Shown piece after piece: positions 35,291 to 48,666 of a stretch of DNA of 64,000 nucleotides (position 1 is its first letter; the number at the start of each line of letters is the position of its first letter). Location: the NCBI RefSeq assembly GCF_964355755.1, contig NC_092673.1, forward strand, positions 35,585,648-35,649,647. Reading direction: 5' to 3'. Below the pieces are notes generated by a model that saw nothing but the letters and a program-made list of their open reading frames with translations, ran no database searches and was not told where the DNA came from. The position numbers and the translations under genes are program-made. The stretch is from Antedon mediterranea. Lineage: Eukaryota; Animalia; Echinodermata.

Positions 35291-35962
35291 AAGCATGAAT
35301 GTGCGATACTCGGGGTACAGCAAATGAAGCTGTAATGACGTCTTAAGACGGGATGTGACGTCACATACACATCAATAACCTACCAAATACGGCTATATGG
35401 TACCATCTTCGAGACGTCATATGGCTGCATCCGGTTTGAAATTTCAAAATCCGGCTCTATAGATTTGAGGACATGTCCCTGTAGTATATTCATGCCAAAT
35501 CCCAGCTCAATACTACAACTAATAAGGGAGGAGTAGTACTTTAAAAATCGCACTTTTTACTCAATAGTGTCCAGATGGAGGAAGAGGAGGAGAAAATGAG
35601 TAAGTCCTAGACTCGGGTACCCCGAGTAAAAAGCACGAATGTGCGATACTCGGGGTACAGCAAATGAAGCTGTACTGACGTCATAAGACGGGATGTGACG
35701 TCACATACACATCAATAACCTACCAAATACGGCTATATGGTACCATCTTCGAGACGTCATATGGCTGCATCCGGTTTGAAATTTAAAAATCCGGCTCTAT
35801 AGATTTGAGGACATGTCCCGGTAGTATATTCCTTCCAAATCCCAGCTCAATACTACAACGAATAAGGGAGAAGTAGTACTTTAAAAATCGCACTTTTTAC
35901 TCAATACTGTCCAGATGGAGGAAGAGGAGAAAATGAATAAGTTTGACTCGGGTACCCCGAGT
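35291..35962. mobile_element. Two head-to-tail HINE-like copies (35291-35627 and 35631-35962)
   Basis: Same family as 4594-4932, joined by A-runs. Confidence 0.7.
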
Positions 35963-36603
35963 AAAAACAACATACTACAATACTTGCTGTGAGTACATAG
36001 TTACCAACCTGGAAGATCTGAACTGCACGATAGACTCTTCCACTTGGCATAGGGGTACCTAGAGCCCCGTCATGGCTCAGGGACAAACTCGGCGCCTGGG
36101 GCTCGTCAGACGAATCTGGTACGTTTAGGCGGTTTTAGAATGTTTAATTATGGAATGTTCATCAGATTAAAAAAAATATATTGTATTTTTAGAATATTTT
36201 TGTTGAATATGCCATTTTAATGTCACATACAGTACTAGTTCACTTTGAACAAAAATTGTACATGAAGAAAACGAAAAATAGTAAATTGACTTGAAGTCAA
36301 TCGATTTTTGGTTGAATTTAACCGTTTTGTCTTTTTATAATAAAATATGAATATATATAGATTTTCTCAAGGTTATATTTAGCAGGGGCGGACCCAGGGG
36401 TGTTGCCCTAGTGGCCCGAGCAACACCCTTATTTCATACTAAATGTTGTTTCTGCCACAAAATTAAAATTGAGTCCCATTTCATCGTATACAATATCCAT
36501 ATTTATACGTTATAGAAGTCCAGTCTGGAAGAGAATATTTGTAAATAGGCAGAATGCACAGCAGTCCCCATTAGGCCTACTATACCGCGCACAGATACAG
36601 TAA

Positions 36604-37292
36604 CGCCCGTATTCTTAAACCGGACTTTAGTCGTAGTTCGAGCTAAAACTAAAAAAATGACGTCATTTTAATTCATAAACCGAACTTCAACTAAATCGCC
36701 GACTAATTCAGGCCAACCTCGACTAAATCGAGACGGATTTTGATCGATTTTTTTAGTCCTGGAGGGGGCAGACTAAATGGTCGACTAAATGGTTTTTAAA
36801 CGATGTTTATGAAAAACGAAACAGTCATTGAGTTGTTATATTGGCCAGATATTGAAGAATGAAATATCTATTTTATATTAGCTTAATTAAATATACATTG
36901 GTATATGTTATAATAATGAAAATCATCTTTATTTACAACTGTATACAAATTACATAATTTTCTTCGCGCAAGTCCGACTTCAACTACGTCACGCCATAGC
37001 GACAATGGCAGATGCGGAAATTCACCACGCGATGGAATGTTTAGTGGGCCTAGCGCTTTCTTGTCACGCTATGAAGTGCGTGGTTCGTCGCCATCATACT
37101 TTGTTGGGGGCCTAGAAAATATAAAAGTTACCGTACCGCCATGGTTCCTAAATATATTTTGAAGATTTTGTTTGTTGTTAATCGAAAGTACTTCACTGTT
37201 AAATTAATACTGATCTTGTTCTAATAATTAACGATTAAAATTATTTTTCATGTATAGTCCTGATGCGTAAAAAGTGTTGTAAGAAAATGGAA
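36604..37292 (-). mobile_element. Truncated inverted copy of the MITE at 38088-39014
   Basis: ~690-bp inverted match to 38324-39014; preceded by TAA. Confidence 0.8.
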
Positions 37293-38037
37293 GCAGGGAG
37301 ATGTATCTCTCCTGATGAGGTACAAAAGGAGGCCAACACACACTGTGTTTGGGAAAAACCTGTCATATGGGTCGTGGAACTGTTCATTTATTTAATTATG
37401 TTCAATTATTGCGTATTTTCCATAATTTAAGGCCAAATCATAATTTTTCGTATAGTTTTGTTTTTCCGTTCTTTCTGAAAATTTCCTATAATTACTTTCT
37501 TTGTTTTATATTTATTATTTATTGTACAGTTTATAGTGGATAAATGAAAATGAATTTTGAAAATTGTGGTTTTAATTAACTGCTGACTCATTTAGCATTT
37601 AATTCGAAATAGTCATAAAGTAAGTTACAGAGTTGCGAGGCATTTTATTATTTTTTTTATGTTAGCTTAATTGGTAAAATTGGTAAAAGAAGTAATGCTG
37701 CCGGCAACGAATTTAACGACCTTCACAACCAAAATATTTCTTTGTAACAAAATTTATTTTAAATGGAACACTACAAAAAGAATCCTCCGCTTCATCACTG
37801 CATGAATACCTAATAACCAGACAAGAACGTATCTTTGTTGTCATATCACGCAATCCATTTTACAACAATGTAGTATATAAATAATAACATTTTGATTGAA
37901 TAGTAAGGAATTAGCTACAGTGTTGACTTTGAATAAACCATTGGTAATTTAGTGAAAATCCAATATGAACTTGTGTTATAATACAAACAAAATTATTCAA
38001 AGAAACGCTCTACTACACATGAGAAATGAGATATATA

Positions 38038-40241
38038 CTCTAGTAGCTAGATCAACTTTCGTATGCACTTTGAGGTCCAGAGAATTTCGCCCGTATTCTT
38101 AAACCGGACTTTAGTCGTAGTTCGAAGTTCGACTTGGAAAAGTCGTAGTTCGAGCTATTACTTCAAATTCGATTCAAAAACGAAGTAGTCGAAGTTTGCA
38201 GTTCGACTTAATGAAGTCGAGCTTTTAGTCGAGTTGCACACGTCTGGGTAACAAAGGCTATACATTGGCCAATGACAAGAGAGTATTTGAGGAGCAGACG
38301 AAATTTTGCGCATTGATATCACTTTCCATTTCTTACAACACTTTTTACGCATCAGGACTATATACATGAAAAATAATTTTAATCGTTAATTATTAGAACA
38401 ATATCAGTATTAATTTAACAGTGAAGTATATTTGATTAACAACAAATAAAATCTTCAAAATATATTTAGGAACCATGGCGGTACGGTAACTTTTATATTT
38501 TCTAGGTCCCCAACAAAGTATGATCGCCACGAACCACGCACTTCATAGCGTGACAAGAAAGCGCTAGGCCCCCTAAACATTCCATCGCGTGGTGAATTGC
38601 CGCATCTCCCATTGTCGCTATGGCGTGACGTAGCTCAAGTCGGACTTGCGCGAAGAAAATAATGTAATTTGTATACAGTTGTAAATAAAGATGATTTTCA
38701 TTATTATAATTTATAGCAATGTATATTTAATTAAGCTAATATAAATATAGATATTTCATTCTTCAATATCTGGCCAATATAACAACTCAATGACTGTTAC
38801 GTTTTTTATAAACATCGTTTAAAAAACATTTAGTCGACCATTTAGTCTGCCCCCTCCAGGACTAAAAAAATCGATCAAAATCCGTCTCGATTTAGTCGAG
38901 GTTGGCCTGAATTAGTCGGTGATTTAGTTGAAGTTCGGTTTATGAATTAAAATGACGTCATTTTTTTAGTTTTAGCTCGAACTACGACTAAAGTCCGGTT
39001 TAAGAATACAGGCGTTTGACTTCAGAAATTGGTTTAGGATGGTCAAACAATCATTATTGGCTTGGTTACACATTTTGAAAATGTGGCGAAAGGTCAAAAG
39101 GTCAGGGTTAAAGGTTATCAAACTAAACACCAATAAGTCCTTAAATCTCGACAACCACTGGTCACAGCGAGGTAATTTTGGTCTCAAATTGATCAGAAGG
39201 TATACATTTATATTCAGTCTAATGGGACATTTTAGTAAAAAATGACCGGAAATGCCATTTCTGACCTTTGACCCACACCCCAGTGCATGTATGTATCTCC
39301 GTAACTACTGATTGTAGACACTTGAATTTGGTGTTAAATTGTTTGAAATAAACATTTTTGTTATTTGTTGCACATTTTTAAAAATGTTACAAAAGGTCAA
39401 AGGGTCAGGGTCAAGGGTAATATGAACAAATATAAATAGATACTTGTATCTCGGCAACCACTCGTCGCAGCAAGTCAATTTTAGTCTCAAAATGTTCAGA
39501 AGGCATGCTTTCATATTCAATCTAATGGGACATTTTAGTCAAATTTAGTCAGAAATGCCATTTCTGACCTTTGACCCACATATCATGGTATCTTCATATC
39601 TCTTACAGAGATATGAAGATGTCCTGGTATGTGGGTTAAAGGTCAGAAATGGCATTTCTAATCATTTTTTACTAAAATGCCCCATTAAACGGAATATAAA
39701 TGCATGCCTTCTGAACATTTTGCGACCAAAATTGACTTGCTGCGACCAGTGGTTGCCAAGATACAAGTACCTTTATTTATTTGTTCATATAACTCTTGAC
39801 CCTGACCCTTTGACCTTTTGTAACATTTTTCAAAATGTGTAACAAATAACAAAATACATATTTCGAACAATTTAAAACCAAATTCAAGTGTCTACGACCA
39901 GTAGTTACGGAGATAAATACATGCCCTGGGTTGTGGGTCAAAGGTCAGAAATGTCATTTCCGGTCATTTTTAACTAAAATGTCCCATTAGACTGAATATA
40001 AATGTATACCTTCTGATCAATTTGAGACCAAAATTACTTCGCTGTGACCAGTGGTTGTTGAGATTTAAGGACATATTGGTGTTTGGTCTTATGACCTTTC
40101 ACCCTGACCTTTTGACCTTTCGCCACATTTTCAAAATGTGTAACCAAGCCAAAAATGATTGTTTGACCACCCTAAACCAATTTCTGAAGTCAAATTCTCT
40201 GGACCTCAAAGTGCATACGAAAGTTGATCTAGCTACTAGAG
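38038..40241. mobile_element. Foldback MITE with TA TSD (Tc1/mariner-like), palindromic to its apex
   Basis: TA|CTCTAGTAGCTAGATC...GATCTAGCTACTAGAG|TA; ~600-bp arms; apex ATCTTCATATCTC-TTACA-GAGATATGAAGAT at ~39590-39620. Confidence 0.85.
38088..39014 (+). mobile_element. Harbinger-like MITE with 3-bp TSD (TTT)
   Basis: ~38-bp TIR CGCC(C/T)GTATTCTTAAACCGGACTTTAGTCGTAGTTCGA; the opposite foldback arm shows the empty site. Confidence 0.8.
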
Positions 40242-42194
40242 TAATATTGTTGGTCGCGATGTTTATAGACTACAATCCTCTGTTTGCTAGCGCACTATAG
40301 AGTGAGTGACATTTCCGGCGAACTAGAGGTGCACTTTATCATAAATTTTACGTGCGAGAGTACCATTTGCGGCCATCTAGGGGTGTCGTTTAACAATTTG
40401 CTTGCTCAAATACTACAGCCCTGGAGTCTTTGGGCAACCCTCCTAAAATAGTCATGCAACCGCCTCTGTTTAGTTGGATATTACTATTAGTAATGTTCAA
40501 AATTATTGCCTACTGCGATTTCATATGTTAATATTAATTTAAGCTGAACATTTTTGGCAATATTATTGTAATTTAAATACATAGTATAAAAACAGTATTT
40601 ACTTACAGTGCAATTAATCTACAGAATATTAGAAACTTTCAGTAAAAAGAATATCATTATTGCAATACTTTGTAGGTTTTCCTAAAACAAATCTATCTAT
40701 CTATTGAACTCTATAAGCCACTTTCTCACAAGCCAGGCAATCTACAGTATAAACGCTACTCTAAACAGTGGTACAGGTACTGTACATTTCTATTGATGTT
40801 TATTGTTATATAAAGTGAAAGAATTTCTGATATCATACAACTTCAAAAATCATTCTTGCATGGCTGCCTTCTGTATATACAGAAATTTAAGCTGTGTTTA
40901 TTCATTTTCCAATGAACAAAGGGAAATTAAAGCAGACAGAATGTATTGTTGTGTGACAGCTCTATGCATCACCTTTATTATTAAATTAGGATTTTGTGTA
41001 ATACACCAAGTATAGTGTTTATAAATACAAAAAACAAGTGCTGGAGTAGAACTTGGCAATTCCTACAGCCTGATTAAAAAAAAACAATATTTATGATTAT
41101 TAATGATTTCCTGGCAACACAAAGAGGAATGAATTTGAATAATCGATTATAAAATGCGCGATAATATTTATTTCATATTTAATATTTATTATATATTTTT
41201 GTTTTATTATTTCATATGAAATGATGGAAATGAAATTTGGAGTATGTGTGTTGTCTCAAATAAGAATTAATATTAGAAAAACAAACTATAAACGAACAAA
41301 TAACATATCCATGAATTTTAACAAATGTCTTGATCAGAAGAAACCATGTCAGGTTGTGAGATTTATTATGACCTCCTATGACATCAGTTCAAGGTATGCT
41401 GAATTTTCTCCCAGTGCCGAAATCTTGTTTAAATTTTCAAATATTATCTACCAGCAGGTATGAACTTTAATTATAATTATATTATTATTATCTTTCTTTA
41501 TTAGATGAAAAATAAATATTTCAAAAATTATTTGTGAACTCTATTTTGATGGGGTTTTTAAAACTGAGTATATTTCTAGTACAGTATACCGTGCTCTCTT
41601 TTCTTGGCTGTGTCAAGTAATAATTTAATTAATACCGATTTAGGAAGCAAGATTTGTGAGAATTGACAGAATTTTGTTTTTAAAATATAGGGAGAAAAGC
41701 TGGTTGTGAGAAACACAATACTGATGATCTGTGTGTCTGTGTGTGCAGAGAAGGAAAATTGGAAGCAGTAAAGCCTACTAGAGAATGTTAATTGGCTTAA
41801 AGTTGTAAAGTGAGCCCTCTATTGACAAAGATAAAGGAATCACCTATGGTGAGAAGAGCCAAAGAATATATATCACAAGAATGAGTATTCTGCGATTTTT
41901 GCATGAGAAATTTGTAACAGAGAGTGATGCCGCCCTCATAAGGGCGGATGTATATTATTATTATTATTTATTGCCAAAAACCAGTTACAAACAAACAAAA
42001 CACAGAAACTAAGGGAGTAGGCAGGAACCTAAAAGTGAACCTAATCACTATAACAAGAGTTCAGGTTCCGTACTCCCAAAGTAACAACAATGATATAAAA
42101 TAAACTATATAAAAATATTAAAAAACAAATAGACGAATCAACAGTGTCAATATAAAATAAACGGATAAAATACATAATAGTCGATTCAACAAAG

Positions 42195-43996
42195 TCAATA
42201 TAAAACATGTGATTTAAGTGAATTTAAAAATATTTGAAAACTGTCTAAAATTAAAGAATTTTTAATCATTTCCGGTAATTCTTCCCACAACCTAGGGAAT
42301 ATATTAATAGCGGAATGATGAAGACAATTGGTTCGAGCATAGTGATGAATGAACTTAAGTGTATCAAGGTGACGGCCATTAACAACTAAAGATTGACGAA
42401 CACTACTACAATCAACCGTTCCAATAAGTGATTTACAAACAAAGGATAACAGAAGATAATTTCTTCGATTAGATAGTGTAGGCCAATTTAGCTTAGTGAG
42501 ACGTTCCTCGTATTCCATTTCACCTCTTGTTTGTTTAAGGACAAGCCTAGTAGCCCTTCGCTGGACTGCCTCGATACGTTCTGTAAGTTTTTTGGTTCGA
42601 GGCAACCACGCTGGGACACCATATTCAAGGATGGGGACAATGAGAGCTTTATAGAGTGAGAAAATAGCTGAAGGGGATGATCCTCCTGCAATACTAGTAA
42701 TAAAACCCAACATTCGATTTGAACGAGAAATAATTAAGTTTACATGGTCATCCCAAGTAAGTTCACTATTAATCGTGACCCCCAGATGACAATGACTAGA
42801 TACGGATTTAATAGGCAAGTCATTTATACGATAAACAGGTCTATACTCTTTCCTTGATCTTGTAATGTGGAGAACCTTGGTTTTATTTAAGTTAAGCTCC
42901 ATTTCATTTAGATCACACCAAGAGGAAAGCCTGATCAGATCGCACTGAAGAACAACTTCATCGTCTACAGTAAATATATTTCTATAAATTATCGTGTCAT
43001 CGGCAAACAATGCACATGGAGAAATAATAGATGAGGGAAAGTCATTTATAAATAAGTTAAAAATAAGGGGTCCAAGTACGCTGCCCTGTGGTATGCCAGA
43101 GGTAACTGGGGATGATGGGCTAATGGATCCTTGATACAAGACTCTTTGGGAACGTCCCAATAGAAATGACTTGATCCATTTCCAGACATTGCCTCTGATA
43201 TTAAAGTGGCTAGCCAGCTTATTTAAAATAATATGGTGAGGCAGTTTATCAAACGCTTTGGCATAGTCGAGAAAGATAACATCAATTCTGGGGGCTTTAG
43301 TTTTATCTAGCGAAGATGCCCAGGAATGAGTTAGGTTGGTAAGTTGGGTAACACAGGAACGTGAGGGGAAAAAACCGTGCTGGACATCAGTAATTGGACA
43401 ATTATAAGCAACGTGATCAGATATACTTGAAAACAATATTTTTTCAAGCAGTTTCGAACAAATAGGGGTAAGGGATATTGGTCTGTAATTACAAATTGCA
43501 TTTTTATCACCAGATTTAAATATAGGAGTGATATGGGACATTTTCCACTTAGCGGGGATTTCCCCCATACGCAGGGACAAGTTAAACAAATTAAATAATG
43601 GTGGAGCAATAAATTCGGAAGCAGATTTCAATATGTATGGATGCACGGAATCAGGACCTGGAGATTTATTAGATGAAAGTCCATTAATCACCTTCTCAAC
43701 ATTGTAGACGTTAAAGTTAAGTTGAGAAAGTTCAGGGATTGGGACATTACAAACCGGAGGTTCACAGCTGGGAATTATGGGTGAGTTAAAAACAGAAACA
43801 AAAAAATCATTAAATGAACTAGCAATTACAGGGTGTGACGAAACATTCACACCATTAATATTAAAAGATAACGGTGCTGGTGATCTTCTACGTTCTCTAA
43901 CAAAACGCCAGAAAGCTTTACGAGTAGAGTCACTTGTAAATAATTTGTTGACATATGAATAATACGACTTATTGCATAGACGCTTAACCTTATTAC
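42195..43996 (-). pseudogene. RT half of the interrupted LINE ORF2
   Basis: KSPGPD, YRPISLT, LDYAKAFD, GIPQGSVLGP, FADDT, VQRRATR. Confidence 0.93.
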
Positions 43997-44397
43997 ATTT
44001 CAACATAACTGGATCCATACGACTAGCTAAACTATTCTCTGAAAATATTGATGATCTCCAATTTCAATATACAGAGAAATCATCATCCAGGCAACATGCT
44101 CAAGAATGTCAAACAAACAGAAATCAAAATACACGCCCCTGGAAACGAAATAGACATGGTTATTATAATCAACAAGCAAGGAATGACAGTTACCAACACT
44201 TTAGTTATGGCTCAAAAGAGTCAAACTATATTATGTATGAACCATGCTGGAAATGTGGACTAAACAACCATCAAGCTTACGAATGCTACTTTCAAGAACA
44301 GTTAACATGTAAATCATGTGGTCAATATGGTCATAAAGCAAGATATTGTGGTAATGTACATAATTATGATCATTATTATTACGAACGAAATAATTGA
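43997..44397 (+). pseudogene. C-terminal part of LINE ORF1 with two CCHC zinc knuckles
   Basis: CWKCGLNNHQAYEC and CKSCGQYGHKARYC. Confidence 0.85.
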
Positions 44398-47300
44398 CCA
44401 AAGAGTCTAAGAAGTACATTAAAGTCACAGTCCGAAAAAGAGACTAGCAATACTACTGAATGTTCCCAGGCCATAGATGATGTATTAATTAATGATAACC
44501 ACTCATATGTAATAAATAATAGGAATAATACAATAACAGATATAAACCAAATAGTTAAAAAAGATCCTCATATATTTGAGGAACTTAATCAAAAGGGTTT
44601 TATATTTGCACATTTAAATATACGTAGCCTAGACTTACATTTTGATGAATTGCAACGTATTCTAAATAACAACAATTTCAATGTTTTTGGCTTAAGCGAA
44701 ACATTTCTCGATAATACATTTATTGATGAAGATTTTCATGTTGACAACTATATATTACACAGACTAGATAGACGTAAAACTAAAAAAGGTGGAGGTGTAG
44801 CACTCTATATAAACCTAAAAACTAACCACAAAATTAGGAATGATCTAATGTGTAATGAACTCGAACTCCTATCTATTGAAATAGTACGTGATAAATGTAA
44901 AAATCTAATTGTTCTATTGTGGTATAGACCTCCAAACACTACAGCAGTTCTTTTTGAATATTTACAAAATATATTTCAAAAGATTGAACTGGAACACAAA
45001 GATATTATGATGATGGGAGATTTAAACTGTGACGTTATGTCTGACAATCCACATTGCTACACAAAGAAACTAATTGAATTAAGTGAAAATTTTAATCTAA
45101 AACAGATCATTGAAGAACCAACACGTATAGAAAAACATTCCTCTACATTAATAGATGTTATGTATTTCTCAAATGTTTCTAAAATATTAAAGTCTGGAGT
45201 TATCCACGTCGGCTTAAGTGACCACTCAATGCCATTCGCTATAATAGGGAAAGGGGCGAAAAATAATAAAGATTCCAAAAAAACAAATAAAATTATTAAA
45301 CAGGATCATAATTATAAAATGACACGAAACTTTAAAAAATTTAATGAAGACAGTTTTTTAAACGATTTATTAATGGTAAATTGGAATGGTATTACAGCCA
45401 GTGGCGACGTAAGTCAGAGTGCCAAACTTCTCGAAACTACACTAACCAACATTTTAGATAAACATGCTCCTTGGAAAAAACACAGGGTACGTAAAAAAAC
45501 AGCTCCTTGGCTCTCTGATGATGTAATTGAAAATATGAGAGAAAGAGATAAACTCAAAAGAGAATGTAAACATTCTAAAAATGAATCACTCTGGAAAAGG
45601 TACAGAAAGTATAGAAATATGTGCAATAAATTAATACGTAAAAGTAAAGCTAATTTTATTCAAGAAAGTATAAAAGAAAATAAAAACGATGTAAAAAAAA
45701 CATGGGATACCATAAGATATATTATATCGTCAAAAAAGAAAACTCAAACTATTCAAACAATTTGCAATGATAATGGCGATGTCCTCTATAAAGCCAAGGA
45801 CATCGCAAATGAAATTAATACATTTTTCTCAAATATAGGTTCAAATCTTGCATCACAAATACATGAGCCGATAAATGATATAAATTATGATGAAATCGAT
45901 GCTTTCACCGAAAATAATTTTGAATTCGAACACATCACATGTGAATTTGTATATAAATACTTAAATAATCTTTCAAAAAACAAAGCCACTGGTCATGATA
46001 ACTTACCACCGGGCATTCTAAAACTGTCTGCCCCGATTATATCCCCAACAATTACAAGAATTATAAATCACTCCTTCACAACATGTAAATTCCCAAATAC
46101 GTGGAAAATAGCAAAGGTCACGCCAATTTTTAAGAATGGTGAAAAAACTAACCCTAATAATTATCGTCCCATTTCCGTCCTACCTATACTTTCAAAAATA
46201 ATTGAACGAGTCGTTTTTAATCAACTTTATGCTTTTTTGAATAATAATAATCTGTTATGTATAAATCAATCAGGTTTTCGACCATCATACTCAACATCTA
46301 CTGCACTTACAAAAGTGACGGAAGACTGGTATAGTGCAATAGACGAGGGTAAGCTGGTCGGAATCTGTTTACTAGATTTTAAAAAGGCCTTTGATACGGT
46401 AAACCATAACATACTATTAAGCAAATTGAGACTTTATGGTTTAAGTAAATATGTTTTAAAATGGTTCGAGAGCTATCTGTCTGAGCGAAAGCAATTCACA
46501 AATGTAAATAATACATTGTCTGACTATACACACATCCAATGTGGAGTGCCTCAGGGGTCAATCGTGGGCCCACTTGCTTTCCTCTTATATATAAATGACC
46601 TATCGAAAGTTGCAAACAAATGTAAAATAAGTATGTATGCTGACGATACTATAATTTATTGTTCTTCAAAAAATGAAAATGAAATATACCAAAGTATAAA
46701 TGAAGAACTTATACAAATCGACGATTGGCTAAAAAATAATAAATTGAGTCTAAATGTCTCTAAATCCGAGTTCATGTTGATCGGATCGACAAACCGATTG
46801 GCAACCACCAAAGAAAAAAATAGATCAGTTAATATAGATAACGATGTTGTACCACGCGTTCTATATTGCAAACATCTCGGTATCATAATAGACGAACATT
46901 TATCATGGAAAAATCAGATTGAATACATTCGAGGTAAAGCTCTAAATGGATTGGGTATGCTTAGACGATGTAGCTATTATTTTCCACAAAACATATTAAA
47001 ACATATTGCAAACTCTATTGTAATACCTTACTTGAGCTATTGTAACATAATTTGGGGAAATAGTAGTCAAACTCTAATGAAAAGAGTTCAAACTATCCAA
47101 AACAGAACAGCTCGAATCGTGTGTGGTCTAACATGGGACACACCTAGTAGTGAGGCACTAAGGCAAATTAATTGGTCACCTTTATTTTATCAAGATAGAT
47201 ATGAATGTTGTATGGTTATATATAAGGTTTTGACAGATAATGCCCCACCTTACCTAAATAATGTATTTACATTCAATGATATAAATTATAATCTAAGGAA

Positions 47301-47454
47301 CAGTGATACACATCTATTCATCCCAAAGCCAAAAACAGATTTTAAAAAACGAAGTCTGTCTTATCGTGGAGCAATTATATGGAATAGTCTCAATATTGAT
47401 ACCCTTCCAAAATCAGTTAAGTTGTTTAAAACGTATCTGAAAAATGCATTGTAA
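44398..47454 (+). CDS. LINE ORF2, APE endonuclease + reverse transcriptase; frame open from the ORF1 stop
   Basis: AHLNIRSL, LSETFL, WYRPP, GDLN, LSDH, YRPISVL, GVPQGS, YADDT; no internal stop. Confidence 0.93.
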   Translation, partial: PKSLRSTLKSQSEKETSNTTECSQAIDDVLINDNHSYVINNRNNTITDINQIVKKDPHIFEELNQKGFIFAHLNIRSLDLHFDELQRILNNNNFNVFGLSETFLDNTFIDEDFHVDNYILHRLDRRKTKKGGGVALYINLKTNHKIRNDLMCNELELLSIEIVRDKCKNLIVLLWYRPPNTTAVLFEYLQNIFQKIELEHKDIMMMGDLNCDVMSDNPHCYTKKLIELSENFNLKQIIEEPTRIEKHSSTLIDVMYFSNVSKILKSGVIHVGLSDHSMPFAIIGKGAKNNKDSKKTNKIIKQDHNYKMTRNFKKFNEDSFLNDLLMVNWNGITASGDVSQSAKLLETTLTNILDKHAPWKKHRVRKKTAPWLSDDVIENMRERDKLKRECKHSKNESLWKRYRKYRNMCNKLIRKSKANFIQESIKENKNDVKKTWDTIRYIISSKKKTQTIQTICNDNGDVLYKAKDIANEINTFFSNIGSNLASQIHEPINDINYDEIDAFTENNFEFEHITCEFVYKYLNNLSKNKATGHDNLPPGILKLSAPIISPTITRIINHSFTTCKFPNTWKIAKVTPIFKNGEKTNPNNYRPISVLPILSKIIERVVFNQLYAFLNNNNLLCINQSGFRPSYSTSTALTKVTEDWYSAIDEGKLVGICLLDFKKAFDTVNHNILLSKLRLYGLSKYVLKWFESYLSERKQFTNVNNTLSDYTHIQCGVPQGSIVGPLAFLLYINDLSKVANKCKISMYADDTIIYCSSKNENEIYQSINEELIQIDDWLKNNKLSLNVSKSEFMLIGSTNRLATTKEKNRSVNIDNDVVPRVLYCKHLGIIIDEHLSWKNQIEYIRGKALNGLGMLRRCSYYFPQNILKHIANSIVIPYLSYCNIIWGNSSQTLMKRVQTIQNRTARIVCGLTWDTPSSEALRQINWSPLFYQDRYECCMVIYKVLTDNAPPYLNNVFTFNDINYNLRNSDTHLFIPKPKTDFKKRSLSYRGAIIWNSLNIDTLPKSVKLFKTYLKNAL

Positions 47455-47867
47455 AACATAATGGTATGGTAATCTACGATCTACATCCAACTTTTAAAAT
47501 GGCTAAATACTATGTAAAATGTGTGTTTTATCACTATTATTTTAACGTCAATGAAATCCAAAAGATTTATTATGTATTACAGTTGAATCCCCATGAATTA
47601 TACACTTTGATAAGGGTTTCCGTTTACACGGGAAGTACCGGTATGGTGTACCCTAAATAGAGGTGTCAGATGAAGGGGATTCTGCTGTAATTTTGTTTCT
47701 TTTCAATATCAATTTTTTTCGTTTCTGTTGTATTTATATGGTGTTGATTTTTTTTTTTGTTTTGTAATACAGTATCACGAACTTGTGTAAAAACAATCAA
47801 TATTGATTGAACGAGTTGTACTGCACATCAGTCTCGTGTCTAAATAAAGTTTATATATATATATATA

Positions 47868-48666
47868 TATTACGAATAGACTTATAGTCATCCCATGCAG
47901 ATACAGAACCAATACGTTTGGCTTTTCTAAACAGTCTATGCTTTATATTGATAAATTGCTTGATGTCATTGGTAACCCATGGGGAATGTTTCCGCTGCTT
48001 GCGTGATTTCAACGGAACTGAGTCACGGACAATAGCTGTAAAAATATCCAGAAATCCATCCCATGAGTTGTCAACTGAGTTTTCATCCATGAAGACATTC
48101 CATGGGGCAAGGTGGACAAGTTTTTTTAGATGGTCAATATCAGTTTTGTGGTAAGCAAGAAAATTACGTACCAACAATTTAGAATACGGTTTGGAAAGTA
48201 ATACGTTAAAGGAAACTGCATGGTGATCACTGATCACTGGGTTATCAATGACATCAAGTGAAATTAAACGGTCTGGCCTATTTGAAAAAACAAGATCAAT
48301 TATTGTACCAGATGATGGGACCAAATGATTAGGCCTAGTGATTTCCTCAACAAGCTGAGTACAATTTAAAGCATTCATAGTGTCAAGAAAAATGGTAGGT
48401 ATCGTATGTTTAAGATTCCAATTTAAATTAAAATCCCCAACAATATAAATATCAACATACTTTGGTAAGTGAGGTAATAAAGGCAGAAGAAAATTGTTAC
48501 TAAAGTCATTCCAGAAGGACACTGGAGAGTTCGGTGGGCAGTAACAAACAGCGAAAAGCATCTTATAATTGTCAATCGAAATAGAAAAACATATAACTTC
48601 ATGAGGACCAGAGTCCAGCAAATGACAATGAATTGGATTCAGTTCGTTCTTTATTGCTGCAAATAC
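47868..48666 (-). pseudogene. Endonuclease half of the interrupted LINE ORF2
   Basis: Joins the RT half in frame (..KSIRN|KVKRL..) when the insert and one TSD are removed. Confidence 0.9.

Larger units (their letters stand above)
36383..40468. mobile_element. Unclassified DNA transposon with 5-bp TSD, carrying nested insertions
   Basis: CAGGGGCGG...CCGCCTCTG termini; TTTAG on both sides; empty paralogous site TATATTTAGTTGG at ~4477. Confidence 0.85.
43997..47867 (+). mobile_element. L2/Crack-like LINE, truncated within ORF1, with intact ORF2
   Basis: TSD TATTAC at 43991-43996 and 47868-47873; AATAAA plus (TA)n tail. Confidence 0.9.
41952..48666 (-). mobile_element. CR1-type LINE, 5'-truncated, split by another LINE
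   Basis: EN part ~48666-47868 (VCYCPP, VGDFN, IIDLVF, SDHHAV) and RT part 43996-42195; (TAA)n tail at ~41952. Confidence 0.92.

Noticed and set aside
39039-40300. Paired similar ORFs on opposite strands
   Set aside because: Products of the non-coding foldback arms; no recognisable domain.
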